A stretch of DNA of 64,000 nucleotides from an uncultured delta proteobacterium. Its GTDB lineage: Bacteria; Myxococcota_A; Polyangia; Polyangiales; Polyangiaceae. The notes beneath the pieces were generated by a model. The model worked only from the letters and a program-made list of their open reading frames with translations. It had not been told where the DNA came from and ran no database searches. Of the stretch, positions 1 through 8,985 are shown piece after piece. The stretch's first letter is position 1. Each line of letters opens with the position of its first letter. The stretch lies in contig CAWDXG010000004.1 of NCBI GenBank assembly GCA_963806225.1, positions 1,984,001 through 2,048,000 on the forward strand, in the 5' to 3' direction. Made by a program: the position numbers and the translations under genes.

Positions 1-100
1 GCCGGGCGCTCTTACTACGGGATGCCCTCCGACGCACGCCGCTTGCCGGACGGGCCCGCGGCGCCTACCGTCCTCGGCGTCTCCCGCCCCACCCTCCACG

Positions 101-1171
101 ATGACTCCCGAACAGGCCCTGGAAGAAGCGCGACAAGGCAAGCTGCGCCCCGTCTACCTGATCGCGGGCGAAGAGCAGCACCGGCAGACGGAGGTGGTGC
201 GGGCTCTGGAGCAGGCGGCGCTCGCCGGCGGCACACCGGGGCTCAACGAGGATCACCTGATGGCCGGCGAAGTGCCGGTCGACGCGGTGGTGTCGGCGTG
301 CCGCACGCTGCCGATGATGGCGAAGACACGGCTGGTGGTGGTGCGCTCGCTCGAGCGCTGGGAGCCGCGCGGCAAGGGCCAGAGCGCCGAAGCGCTGGAT
401 CGCCTGGCGGCCTACGCGGCGGCTCCCTCCCCCTCGACGGTGCTCTTGATGGTGGCGGGCAAGCTGGACGCGCGTCGCAAGCTGGTCACGACCGCCAAGA
501 AGGGCGGCTTCCTGGTGAGCTGCGAGCCGCTGTCGCCCCGCGCGCTGCCGGCATGGGTGGTCGACGCCGCGCGCGCGCACGGCAACGCTCTGGCTCCCGG
601 CGTGGCGGAGCTGATCGCCGAGCTCGCCGGTCCCGAGCTCTCCGCCGTCGCCGACGCGCTGGAGCGGGTGTGTCTGTACGTCGGCGCCGACGCGGAAGTG
701 ACCGAGGATGCCGTCGCCGAGTGCATCGTCCGGCTGCGTCCGGCCACGGTGTGGGAGCTCGTCGGCGCCGTGGGGCGCCGCGACGTGGGCGCGGCGCTGT
801 CCACGCTCGACTCGGTCTACGACCCGCACGACCGCGGGCTCAGGCTGGTGGGCGTGCTGGCGTGGTCGACGCGACAACTGCTCAAGTTCGAGGCAGCGAC
901 GCGCGCCGGGTTGCCCCCGCCGGAAGCGGCGAAGCGGGCGGGCGCGCCGCCTTTCAAGGCGCGCGAGCTGGCCGAGCAGGTCAAGCTGGTGCCGCGCCGC
1001 GATCTGGAACGCTGGCTGGAGACGCTGGCTGGGGTGGACTTCGCGCTGAAAGGCGGCTCGCGCCGGCCCCCGAAAGCCGTGCTGGAACACGCGATCCTGG
1101 CGATGTGCCAGGCACGCGGCGGCGGGCGCAAGCGGCCGGCCAAAGGGCCGGCAACGCGGCCTGGCGCTTGA
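101..1171 (+). CDS. holA: DNA polymerase III subunit delta
   Basis: 356 aa; LRPVYLIAGEE start, TLPMMAKTRLVVVR, D(F)ALKGG C-terminal motif typical of HolA. Confidence 0.9.
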   Translation: MTPEQALEEARQGKLRPVYLIAGEEQHRQTEVVRALEQAALAGGTPGLNEDHLMAGEVPVDAVVSACRTLPMMAKTRLVVVRSLERWEPRGKGQSAEALDRLAAYAAAPSPSTVLLMVAGKLDARRKLVTTAKKGGFLVSCEPLSPRALPAWVVDAARAHGNALAPGVAELIAELAGPELSAVADALERVCLYVGADAEVTEDAVAECIVRLRPATVWELVGAVGRRDVGAALSTLDSVYDPHDRGLRLVGVLAWSTRQLLKFEAATRAGLPPPEAAKRAGAPPFKARELAEQVKLVPRRDLERWLETLAGVDFALKGGSRRPPKAVLEHAILAMCQARGGGRKRPAKGPATRPGA

Positions 1172-1288
1172 CCCCCGGAGTCGGCCGCACCATCTTCATG
1201 AGCGATGTGTGCGGGGGCGTGAGCCGGAAAACCCCAGAGAACCCGGCCGGGTGTAGAAACTTTGGATGCTGCCGGCTCCTCGCGTGAC

Positions 1289-2002
1289 ATGGAAAAGACC
1301 ATCGAAGACCGCCTCCCCCACCTGGAACCGCTAGCCCAGGCGCCGATACCGACGCGCCATGGGGTGTTCCAGATGCATGTGTTCCGCTGGGACGACCCGA
1401 CGGCACACCCGGGCCTGAGCAACGAGCACCTGGCGCTCGTGATGGGCGACATCCAGGGCCGGACCAACGTGCCGGTGCGGGTGCACTCGGAGTGCCTGAC
1501 CAGCGAGGTCTTCGGGTCGCTCAAATGCGACTGCAAGGAGCAGCTGGAGCGCGCGCAGGCGGAGATCGCCAAGCGCGGCTACGGGGCCATCCTGTACCTG
1601 CGCCAGGAGGGCCGCGGCATCGGTCTGGCGAACAAGATCCGCGCCTATGCGCTGCAGGCGCTGGGCGCCGACACGGTGGAAGCGAACGAGCTGCTCCACC
1701 TCCCGGTGGACGCGCGCCAGTACGACGTAGCGGCCGCGATGCTGGCCGAGCTCGGCGTGGAATCGATCGAGCTGATGACGAACAACCCGGAGAAGATCGA
1801 CCAGCTCCGGGAGCTCGGTGTGACGGTGGAGAAGCGCATCCCGGTGCTGGTGGCGGCGAACGCGTTCTCGGCGCCGTACCTCGAGGTCAAGCGCCGCCGC
1901 ATGCACCACGAGCTGCCGAGCCAGCCGAACCACAAGAAGCCGGCCCGGACCGACGGCACACAGCCCAGCGAGCCCACCGAGGATCTGACGGGCACGCGGT
2001 AG
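1289..2002 (+). CDS. ribA: GTP cyclohydrolase II
   Basis: VRVHSECLTSEVFGSLKCDC zinc motif, YLRQEGRGIGLANK, LMTNNPEK; ATG at 1289 preferred over TTG 1262. Confidence 0.95.
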   Translation: MEKTIEDRLPHLEPLAQAPIPTRHGVFQMHVFRWDDPTAHPGLSNEHLALVMGDIQGRTNVPVRVHSECLTSEVFGSLKCDCKEQLERAQAEIAKRGYGAILYLRQEGRGIGLANKIRAYALQALGADTVEANELLHLPVDARQYDVAAAMLAELGVESIELMTNNPEKIDQLRELGVTVEKRIPVLVAANAFSAPYLEVKRRRMHHELPSQPNHKKPARTDGTQPSEPTEDLTGTR

Positions 2003-2017
2003 GGCGTCCCGAGCTGC

Positions 2018-3415
2018 CTACGCGCCCTTCGCCTTCTTGGCCGCAGCGGCAAGGCGCGACTTCAGGCGTGAGGCATAGCCCGCCTTGTTCTCCTGCCTGG
2101 CGCGTCCGACTGCGAGCGCGTCGTCGGGGACGTCGCGGGTGACGGTGGTGCCGGTTGCGACGTAGGCGCCCTTGCCGATGGTGACCGGCGCGACGATCTG
2201 CGAGTCGCTGCCGATGAACGCGCCCTCGCCGATCACGGTGCGGTGTTTCTGGAAGCCGTCGTAGTTGCAGAAGATGGTGCCGGCGCCGACGTTGGCACCC
2301 TCGCCCACGTCGCCGTCGCCGAGATAGGCGAGATGGTTCGCCTTGGCGCCGCGGCGCACGCGCGTCTTCTTGGTCTCGACGAAGTTGCCGATGTGCGCTT
2401 CGGCCTCGATGTCGCTGCCGGGCCTGAGATGGGCGAAGGGGCCGATCTGCGCGGCATCGCCGACGCGACTGTCGGTTGCGACGGAATACGGCTTGAACAA
2501 GGCGCCGTCGCCCACCTCGGTGTTGGTGAGCACGCAGCCGGCGTCGATGGTCGTCCCCGAGCCGATGCGCGTTCCGCCGCGCAGGCTGGCGCCGGCTTCG
2601 ATCACGCTGTCCTGGCCGATCACGACGCCGTCGTCGATGCGCGCGCCGGCGTGCACCGTGACCCCCGCGAGGCGATGGCGGTCGGCGATGCGCTCGTAGA
2701 GCCGCGCTTCGGCGTCCGCGAGCTGGCGGCGATCGTTGACGCCGATCAGGCCGTCCGGGTGCCCCTCGACGGCGTGCGCGCCGCCCTCGCGCGCGGCGAG
2801 GGCGACCGCGTCGGTGAGGTAGTACTCGCCCTGCGCGTTGGCGGGCTGCACGCGCGCTAGCGCCTTCTTCAGGAACGCGGTGCCTGCGGCGTACACGCCG
2901 GCGTTGACCTCGCTGACGGCGCGCTGCTCGTCGCTCTCGAGATCGCGGTCCTCGCGCACCTCGGTCACGTTACCCTGCGCGTCGCGCAGCACGCGGCCGT
3001 AGCCGGAGGGCTCGTCGAGCCGGCAGCTCATCAGCGCGAGGTCGCCCTCGAGCGCGGCGAGCACGGCGGCGATGTCGTCGGGGCTGACGAGCGGCGTGTC
3101 GCCACACAGCACGAGCACGCGCTCGCTCTGCACCTTGTCGAGCCCGACGCGGGCTGCGTCGCCCGTGCCACGCGGCGGATCCTGCACGGCCGTCTCGATG
3201 CGATCTCCGAAGTCGGCGCGCAGGCGCTCGGCGATCGACGCTTCGTGCCCGGGGCTGACCACCACGACGACGCGCGTGGCTCCGGCGTCGATGGCGGCGC
3301 GCACGGGGAAGTAGCAGAGCGGCCGCCCGGCGAGCGGGTGCAGCACCTTGGCGAGCGCGCTCTTCATGCGCTTGCCCTGGCCTGCGGCGAGAACGATGGC
3401 AGTCAGCTGGGACAT
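2018..3415 (-). CDS. glmU: bifunctional UDP-GlcNAc pyrophosphorylase / glucosamine-1-P N-acetyltransferase
   Basis: LAAGQGKRMKS, NAQGEYYLTD, hexapeptide repeats, GNFVETK, NYDG. Confidence 0.96.
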   Translation of the reverse strand: MSQLTAIVLAAGQGKRMKSALAKVLHPLAGRPLCYFPVRAAIDAGATRVVVVVSPGHEASIAERLRADFGDRIETAVQDPPRGTGDAARVGLDKVQSERVLVLCGDTPLVSPDDIAAVLAALEGDLALMSCRLDEPSGYGRVLRDAQGNVTEVREDRDLESDEQRAVSEVNAGVYAAGTAFLKKALARVQPANAQGEYYLTDAVALAAREGGAHAVEGHPDGLIGVNDRRQLADAEARLYERIADRHRLAGVTVHAGARIDDGVVIGQDSVIEAGASLRGGTRIGSGTTIDAGCVLTNTEVGDGALFKPYSVATDSRVGDAAQIGPFAHLRPGSDIEAEAHIGNFVETKKTRVRRGAKANHLAYLGDGDVGEGANVGAGTIFCNYDGFQKHRTVIGEGAFIGSDSQIVAPVTIGKGAYVATGTTVTRDVPDDALAVGRARQENKAGYASRLKSRLAAAAKKAKGA

Positions 3416-3561
3416 CGCTCGCACGAATGCCACTTCCGCGCGCAGGTGACTACTGGCGAGGCGCCCGATCGCGGCGGAATCGCAGGCGTGCCGGACACAT
3501 GACGCAGCGCGTCATAAAAGCGGCGTTTGGGCTGGCCCTACGGCCAGATACACTGCGTTTC

Positions 3562-6500
3562 ATGCGCATGTCAGTAAAGTCCGCGCTGCTGGGGGCCGTC
3601 GCGCTATCGGCGGCGGTGTCGTGCTCGGGGGACTTCAATACGTCACGCCCGCCCGCCCAGAAGACCACGCTCGGCGACGACATGTACTCGACGCTCTGCG
3701 ATCGGGTCGGCGCAAGCGTGCTCGCCGAGGATCTGTCGGGCGCGTCGTACCACGCCCTGTGCCACATGGCGCCGGACGGGACGTACGCCGACAAGGTCGA
3801 CGAGAGCCCGGCCGTGCTGCCGCCGGTGGCGGGCAAGGCGGTGCTGTCGCGCAAGTACGCCATCTCGAAGCTGGAAGCGATGGCGCGCCGCCGCAAGGAT
3901 CTGATCAAGGCGTTCAATGCGACCTTCGACGATGGCGACGTCCCGATCCCGTTCGACCCGGGTGGCGCGACGATCAACGGGCATGCCGCGTTGACCGCAT
4001 TCCTCCAGGCGATCGTGCCTCTGTACGAGCACAACCCGGTGGAACCGAAGAGCGAACCGATGATGCCGGGGCTCACGCGGGCGACGGGGCGGCTGTTCGC
4101 GGCGCTCGCGGGTCCCGGCGAGAGCCCCTATACGGACTTCGCGAAGAACGCGGGGACCCGGAAGCAGGCGAACGACGACATGGGCAAGATCGCCGGCGAC
4201 GCGCAGGACGCCATGGCGAGGATCGCCCCACGCCAGGGCTATCGCCCGCTGCGCGTCGCGCTCGGCGCCATCCGCCCCGCCCTCGCCTACCCCGGGCTGC
4301 GCGAGATGGCGCAGACGCTGGTGCCGGAGCTCGGCCCTGGCGGCTCGATGCACGACCAGCTGCAGAACGTGCTCGGCGCCATCCAGCAGGACCTGGCCAC
4401 GGTCGTCGACAACCCGAAGATCCCGAAGCCCTACCAGCTGGTCGATCCCACGAAGCTGCAGCCAAACCGTGCGCGCACGGACATGGAGGTGCTGCGGGCG
4501 ATCCTGCTGGCCGAGGATCCGGCATTCGAGGCGGCCGGCGCACAACCGCAGTATCTCGTGCGGCGCGATCTGCGCGGCTTCGCGCTGCCGGCGCCGGGCC
4601 AGAGTGTCATCGGGGTGGACGCGTACGGGCGCGCCCAGGTGGACGGGCTGGGTCGCTTCCTGGCCTCAGGTGGAAGCGGGCTCGCGAAGGTCGACACGCC
4701 GTTCGTGGTGCCCGACTTCACGCGCGTGGGCACGCCGGACACGTTCGGGCGAGCGCTCGTCAACGGTCAGCTGCTCTACCAGTACATCGACACCAGCCAG
4801 ACCTTCGGCGCCTCGGCGATGCGCGACCTGGCGCCGCTGCTCGATCCCGATCCGACCAACAATCACGAGACGGTCACGGATCTGCTGGCCGGCGCCTACA
4901 AGCTGTTCGGCGACCAGTCGAAGGCGACGGGGTCCTGGGGCAGTGACTACCAGGCGTTCGACGGCGCGTCGTCGCCCCTGACCGACTTGATCTACGCGGC
5001 GGGCTGGATGTTCGCGGACAAGGACAGCGACGCGACACTGGCAATGTTCAAAGACCTCGCGACGGAGCACGAGCAGGTGCTCGCGCGCGTGATCGGGGCG
5101 GCGCTGAAGGTGCGCGAAATCTCGAACAAGTATCCGGACGTGAAGCTCGACCCGAACGACACGTTCTGGGACGAGATGGCCGAGGAGGTCGTCAAGATCG
5201 CCAAGGACCCTGCCCTGTTCAAGGACGTGCTGCGCGCGCTCGAGAACCCCGACGTGCAGCAGTACGCGGGCACCGCGTTCGGCAACTACTCGGCGTACCG
5301 CGATGCGCTGACCTACAACCCGAACAGCATCAACGGCGCGCCGCTGGATCTCGACAACCCGGTGCTGGATCTCAAGAACCCGTCGAATCCCGCCGACTAC
5401 AGCGGCTCGCCCGTCGATCCGCACAAGCCGGTCGACTACTCGGCGCCGGACACCGGCTTCGCGCGCAGCGAGTTCCACCGCATCCTGCAGATCATCCACG
5501 ACGTGGACGGCGTGAACGCCTGCAACAAGGCCGGAGCCAAGGTCTCGATGAAGCTGCTCGGCTTCAACATCAGCTGGCCGCTCATCGGCAGCTACAAGGA
5601 GTGCGAGCTTTTCGTGTTCCAGAACATGGGGCTCGTCTACCTCGACTCGATCCTGGGCAAGGGCAAGCTGCAGATCCGCGCCGGCGGCCTGAACACGCTC
5701 ATCAGTATCGGCAGCACGCTCGGGCTGAACCCGGATCAGCTGCTGGAGCAGGCCAGCGGCATCACCGGCATGACGCAGACCCCGACTCCGGCAGCGTTCA
5801 ACCGGCTGGTGTTCTTCGGCGCAGACGGCGGCAAGTACGGCACCATGCCCGACCTGGATATCTACGTCGCGGGCAAGAACGCGAACACGAACAAGTTCGT
5901 CAGCGGGCTCATCGATCCGCTATCCACCTCCGGCTGCCCGACGCGCACCGTGCAGGATCCGCAGGGCCAGCTCGGCCCGCTACAGCTCGCTGACTGCTCG
6001 CTCCCCGGCGGCAGCAAGAACGACCTGATCCGCATCCGCGACCACGGCACCATCTTCACCTGGGAGAAATTCAACTTCTACAAGGCGATGCGCCCGATCC
6101 TGAAGGCGTTCGACGATCACAACGCTTCGCCGCTGTTTCTGGAGCTGATGGAGACGCTGTACCGGCATTGGCCGTCAGCCCAGCACAGCCAGGCCGAGTG
6201 CACGCACACCGGCACGTGGATCAAGGGCCAGCCCGGCTACAACCCGAAGTACTGCGCCGAGAGCGGGCTGTCGCACTACGACCCGATCCTGGCGCAGGCG
6301 TTCAAGACGGACCTCATTCCAGCGCTGGGCGAACTGGTCAAGACCATCGACGGCATGACCATCCAGGATCCGCGCAACGGCACCAGCCACGCGGGGCTGG
6401 ATCTCCTCCGCTACACCACGCAGGTGCTGTTCGACCCGGCCTACGCCGCCAAGGTCCATATGGTCGATCGGGGAGGCAAGGCCGCGACCACCTGGGCCGA

Positions 6501-7479
6501 CGGCAAGACGCCCAAGCCGCAGCTGACGCTGTTCGATCTGTTCGCCCAGGCGATGCGCGAGGTCGACCAGAAGCTGGCAGGCGACCCGCGCCTGCAGCGC
6601 TGGCACCACGGGCGCTCGCAGCTCGTCGACCAGTTCCTCTCCGTCGACGGCACCGGGGCGAACGCGGCCTTCCACAACAAGGCCGTGCCCAAGGCCATCC
6701 CGATCCTGATCGACGTGCTGCGCGCACAGATCAACGCCAACTGCCCGTACCGGGAGACGGCGAGCAGCGCGTGCAACTGGGCGGTCGGGAGCCAGAAACT
6801 GCCCGGCGACCAGAACAAGCCCATCACGACGGCGGTCATCCACACCTTCAACAGCCCGGTCTTCGCTACGACGATGAACCTGCTCGACAAGATGAACCAG
6901 GACCCGAAGTCCCGGCGTGAGCTGGAAAAGCTCCTGCACTATCTGCTGGAGCAGGGCAGCGGCAACGACGCGCTGCATTCCACGATCACATCGCTGTCGG
7001 ACATGATGCAGCTCCTGAGCGACGACAAGGACATGCAGCCCATCTACAACGCCATCTCGCTCGTCGCGGCGCCGGCCGACGACACCGTGCCCATCCCCGG
7101 CTGCCAGCCCACGCAGAACAACGACTGCCGGAAGCCCACGCCCGGCGCCACCGACCGCGTGCTGGAAGCACTGCAGACGTTGACTGCGGAACCGAACGGA
7201 CAGAGAAATCCCTACGACCAGTACCGCATCCTCGACCGCATCCTGAAAAACCTCGTGACTCCCATGGACCCGAACAATCCGCAAAGCATGACGCCCATCG
7301 AGGTGTTCCTCGATACGGTGGCGGAGGTGAACCGCGTGGACGCCTCCGCCAGCGTGGACGAACCGCTCACGGCCCAGGACTACGCCTACGTCTTCGGCAC
7401 CGTGCGCGATTTCCTGACCAGCAACACGCGTGGCCTCGAGCAGTTCTACGAGATCATCAAGCACCGCGACGGGAACTAG
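3562..7479 (+). CDS. very large (~1305 aa) lipoprotein of unknown function
   Basis: Strong GC3 codon bias; signal peptide with lipobox-like AAVSC; no recognised catalytic motif; 3 bp from the FadL-like gene. Confidence 0.8.
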   Translation: MRMSVKSALLGAVALSAAVSCSGDFNTSRPPAQKTTLGDDMYSTLCDRVGASVLAEDLSGASYHALCHMAPDGTYADKVDESPAVLPPVAGKAVLSRKYAISKLEAMARRRKDLIKAFNATFDDGDVPIPFDPGGATINGHAALTAFLQAIVPLYEHNPVEPKSEPMMPGLTRATGRLFAALAGPGESPYTDFAKNAGTRKQANDDMGKIAGDAQDAMARIAPRQGYRPLRVALGAIRPALAYPGLREMAQTLVPELGPGGSMHDQLQNVLGAIQQDLATVVDNPKIPKPYQLVDPTKLQPNRARTDMEVLRAILLAEDPAFEAAGAQPQYLVRRDLRGFALPAPGQSVIGVDAYGRAQVDGLGRFLASGGSGLAKVDTPFVVPDFTRVGTPDTFGRALVNGQLLYQYIDTSQTFGASAMRDLAPLLDPDPTNNHETVTDLLAGAYKLFGDQSKATGSWGSDYQAFDGASSPLTDLIYAAGWMFADKDSDATLAMFKDLATEHEQVLARVIGAALKVREISNKYPDVKLDPNDTFWDEMAEEVVKIAKDPALFKDVLRALENPDVQQYAGTAFGNYSAYRDALTYNPNSINGAPLDLDNPVLDLKNPSNPADYSGSPVDPHKPVDYSAPDTGFARSEFHRILQIIHDVDGVNACNKAGAKVSMKLLGFNISWPLIGSYKECELFVFQNMGLVYLDSILGKGKLQIRAGGLNTLISIGSTLGLNPDQLLEQASGITGMTQTPTPAAFNRLVFFGADGGKYGTMPDLDIYVAGKNANTNKFVSGLIDPLSTSGCPTRTVQDPQGQLGPLQLADCSLPGGSKNDLIRIRDHGTIFTWEKFNFYKAMRPILKAFDDHNASPLFLELMETLYRHWPSAQHSQAECTHTGTWIKGQPGYNPKYCAESGLSHYDPILAQAFKTDLIPALGELVKTIDGMTIQDPRNGTSHAGLDLLRYTTQVLFDPAYAAKVHMVDRGGKAATTWADGKTPKPQLTLFDLFAQAMREVDQKLAGDPRLQRWHHGRSQLVDQFLSVDGTGANAAFHNKAVPKAIPILIDVLRAQINANCPYRETASSACNWAVGSQKLPGDQNKPITTAVIHTFNSPVFATTMNLLDKMNQDPKSRRELEKLLHYLLEQGSGNDALHSTITSLSDMMQLLSDDKDMQPIYNAISLVAAPADDTVPIPGCQPTQNNDCRKPTPGATDRVLEALQTLTAEPNGQRNPYDQYRILDRILKNLVTPMDPNNPQSMTPIEVFLDTVAEVNRVDASASVDEPLTAQDYAYVFGTVRDFLTSNTRGLEQFYEIIKHRDGN

Positions 7480-7482
7480 AAC

Positions 7483-8979
7483 TTGATGAAACGAGCTCTG
7501 GTGGGCGCCGCGCTCGCGGTGTCGTGTACGCTGGCCGGCCACGCGCATGCGGGCGGGCTCTATTTCTCCGATCGCGGCGTGCGTCCGCTCGGCCGCGGCG
7601 GCGCGTTCGTGGCCGGTGCCGACGACGCGGGCGCGATCTACTACAACCCCGCGGGGTTGGCCTTCACCGGTCACCAGCTGCTGATCGACGCGGCGTGGCT
7701 GCAGTACTCGAGCACGTACCAACGCAAGGCGCTGCTCCACCAGAACGATCCGAACACGGGGCAGCCCACGGGCCAGACCTTCGAGCAGACGTTTCCCGCT
7801 GTGAAGGGCTCGACCCCGGTGCTGCCGATCCCGACCCTGGCGTACGCCGACAACTTCGGCGTCGACAAGGCGAACTTCGCGCTGGCGGCCTGGGCGCCCT
7901 ACGCGGCCATCACCAGCTATCCGCAGACGATCAACGGCAAGCCCGCACCCCAGCGCTACTCGCTGATTTCGCTGGACGGCTCCGCTCTCGCCGTCGTGGG
8001 CCTGTACGCATCCTACCAGCCGAGCAAGGAGATCGCGCTGGGCGCGGGCATCGAGATGCTGTCGGGCTTTTTCTCGACCACAGTGGTGTTCAATACCTGC
8101 CCGCCGGACCGTTTCATCTGCGCGCCCGAGGAGCCGGAGTACGACGCCTACAGCCGGCTCAAGGTCGGGCCGATCTTCGCGCCGACCGGCACAGTGGGCG
8201 CCATCCTGGTGCCCGACGACATGGTGCGCTTCGGGCTCTCGTTCCACCTGCCCTACTGGATCAACTCGCCCGCCAAGGTCGACGTGCGGCTGCCGAGTGC
8301 GCCGATCTTCCAGAACGCGAAGCAGAAGGGCAACTCGGCCAACGTGAGGTTCCAGCTGCCGTGGACCCTGCGCGGCGGAGTCGAGGTGCGGCCGGCGAAG
8401 CGCACGCGCATGGAAGTGGCAGGGGTGTACGAGGCGTGGAGCATGCACGACAGCATCGTGATGACGCCGGACGACATCAAGCTGACCGGCGTCTCGGGCT
8501 TCCCGAGCGAGTACACGGTCAACACCATCAAGCTCGATCGCGGTTTCAAGAACACCTGGTCTGTGCGCCTGGGCGGCGAACAGGGCTTCGACATCGGCGA
8601 CTACGGGCTCGATGTGCGCGCCGGCTTCATGTACGAGAAGAGCGCCGTCCCGAACAAGTATCTGAGCGCGCTGACGGTGGATCTGGACAAGATCACGCTC
8701 GCCGTCGGCGGCAGCCTCCACGTCGGCAAGTGGCGCTTCGACGGCACCTACGCCCGCGTGATGGGCAAGGCCGCCAAAGTCGATCCGAAGACAGCCGGGA
8801 TCACGCAGGTCAACCCGGTGCGCGCCAATCCGCCGCAGTACCCCGACCGCATCAACGGCGGCTACTACGAGGCGAACGCCAATGTCTACGGCGTCGGCCT
8901 GGCCTATCAGTTCGACGCGCCCGACAAGAAACCGAGGCCGGCCGCCGCGATCCACGGCGGCGCGGGCGCGGGCGACTGA
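7483..8979 (+). CDS. OmpP1/FadL-family outer-membrane transport protein
   Basis: Signal peptide then AGGLYFSDRGVRPLGRGGAFVAGADDAGAIYYNPAGL (FadL N-terminal NPA motif); C-terminal beta-strand GLAYQF. Confidence 0.88.
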   Translation: MMKRALVGAALAVSCTLAGHAHAGGLYFSDRGVRPLGRGGAFVAGADDAGAIYYNPAGLAFTGHQLLIDAAWLQYSSTYQRKALLHQNDPNTGQPTGQTFEQTFPAVKGSTPVLPIPTLAYADNFGVDKANFALAAWAPYAAITSYPQTINGKPAPQRYSLISLDGSALAVVGLYASYQPSKEIALGAGIEMLSGFFSTTVVFNTCPPDRFICAPEEPEYDAYSRLKVGPIFAPTGTVGAILVPDDMVRFGLSFHLPYWINSPAKVDVRLPSAPIFQNAKQKGNSANVRFQLPWTLRGGVEVRPAKRTRMEVAGVYEAWSMHDSIVMTPDDIKLTGVSGFPSEYTVNTIKLDRGFKNTWSVRLGGEQGFDIGDYGLDVRAGFMYEKSAVPNKYLSALTVDLDKITLAVGGSLHVGKWRFDGTYARVMGKAAKVDPKTAGITQVNPVRANPPQYPDRINGGYYEANANVYGVGLAYQFDAPDKKPRPAAAIHGGAGAGD

Positions 8980-8985
8980 GCGGGC

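Noticed and set aside
6175..8955. Long antisense or alternate-frame ORFs (also 10556-12757, 24786-26792, 42046-45405, 47740-50784, 56060-58102, 61965-63701)
   Set aside because: Shadow ORFs from high GC3 bias opposite well-supported genes; Arg/Ala/Val-rich with no motifs.
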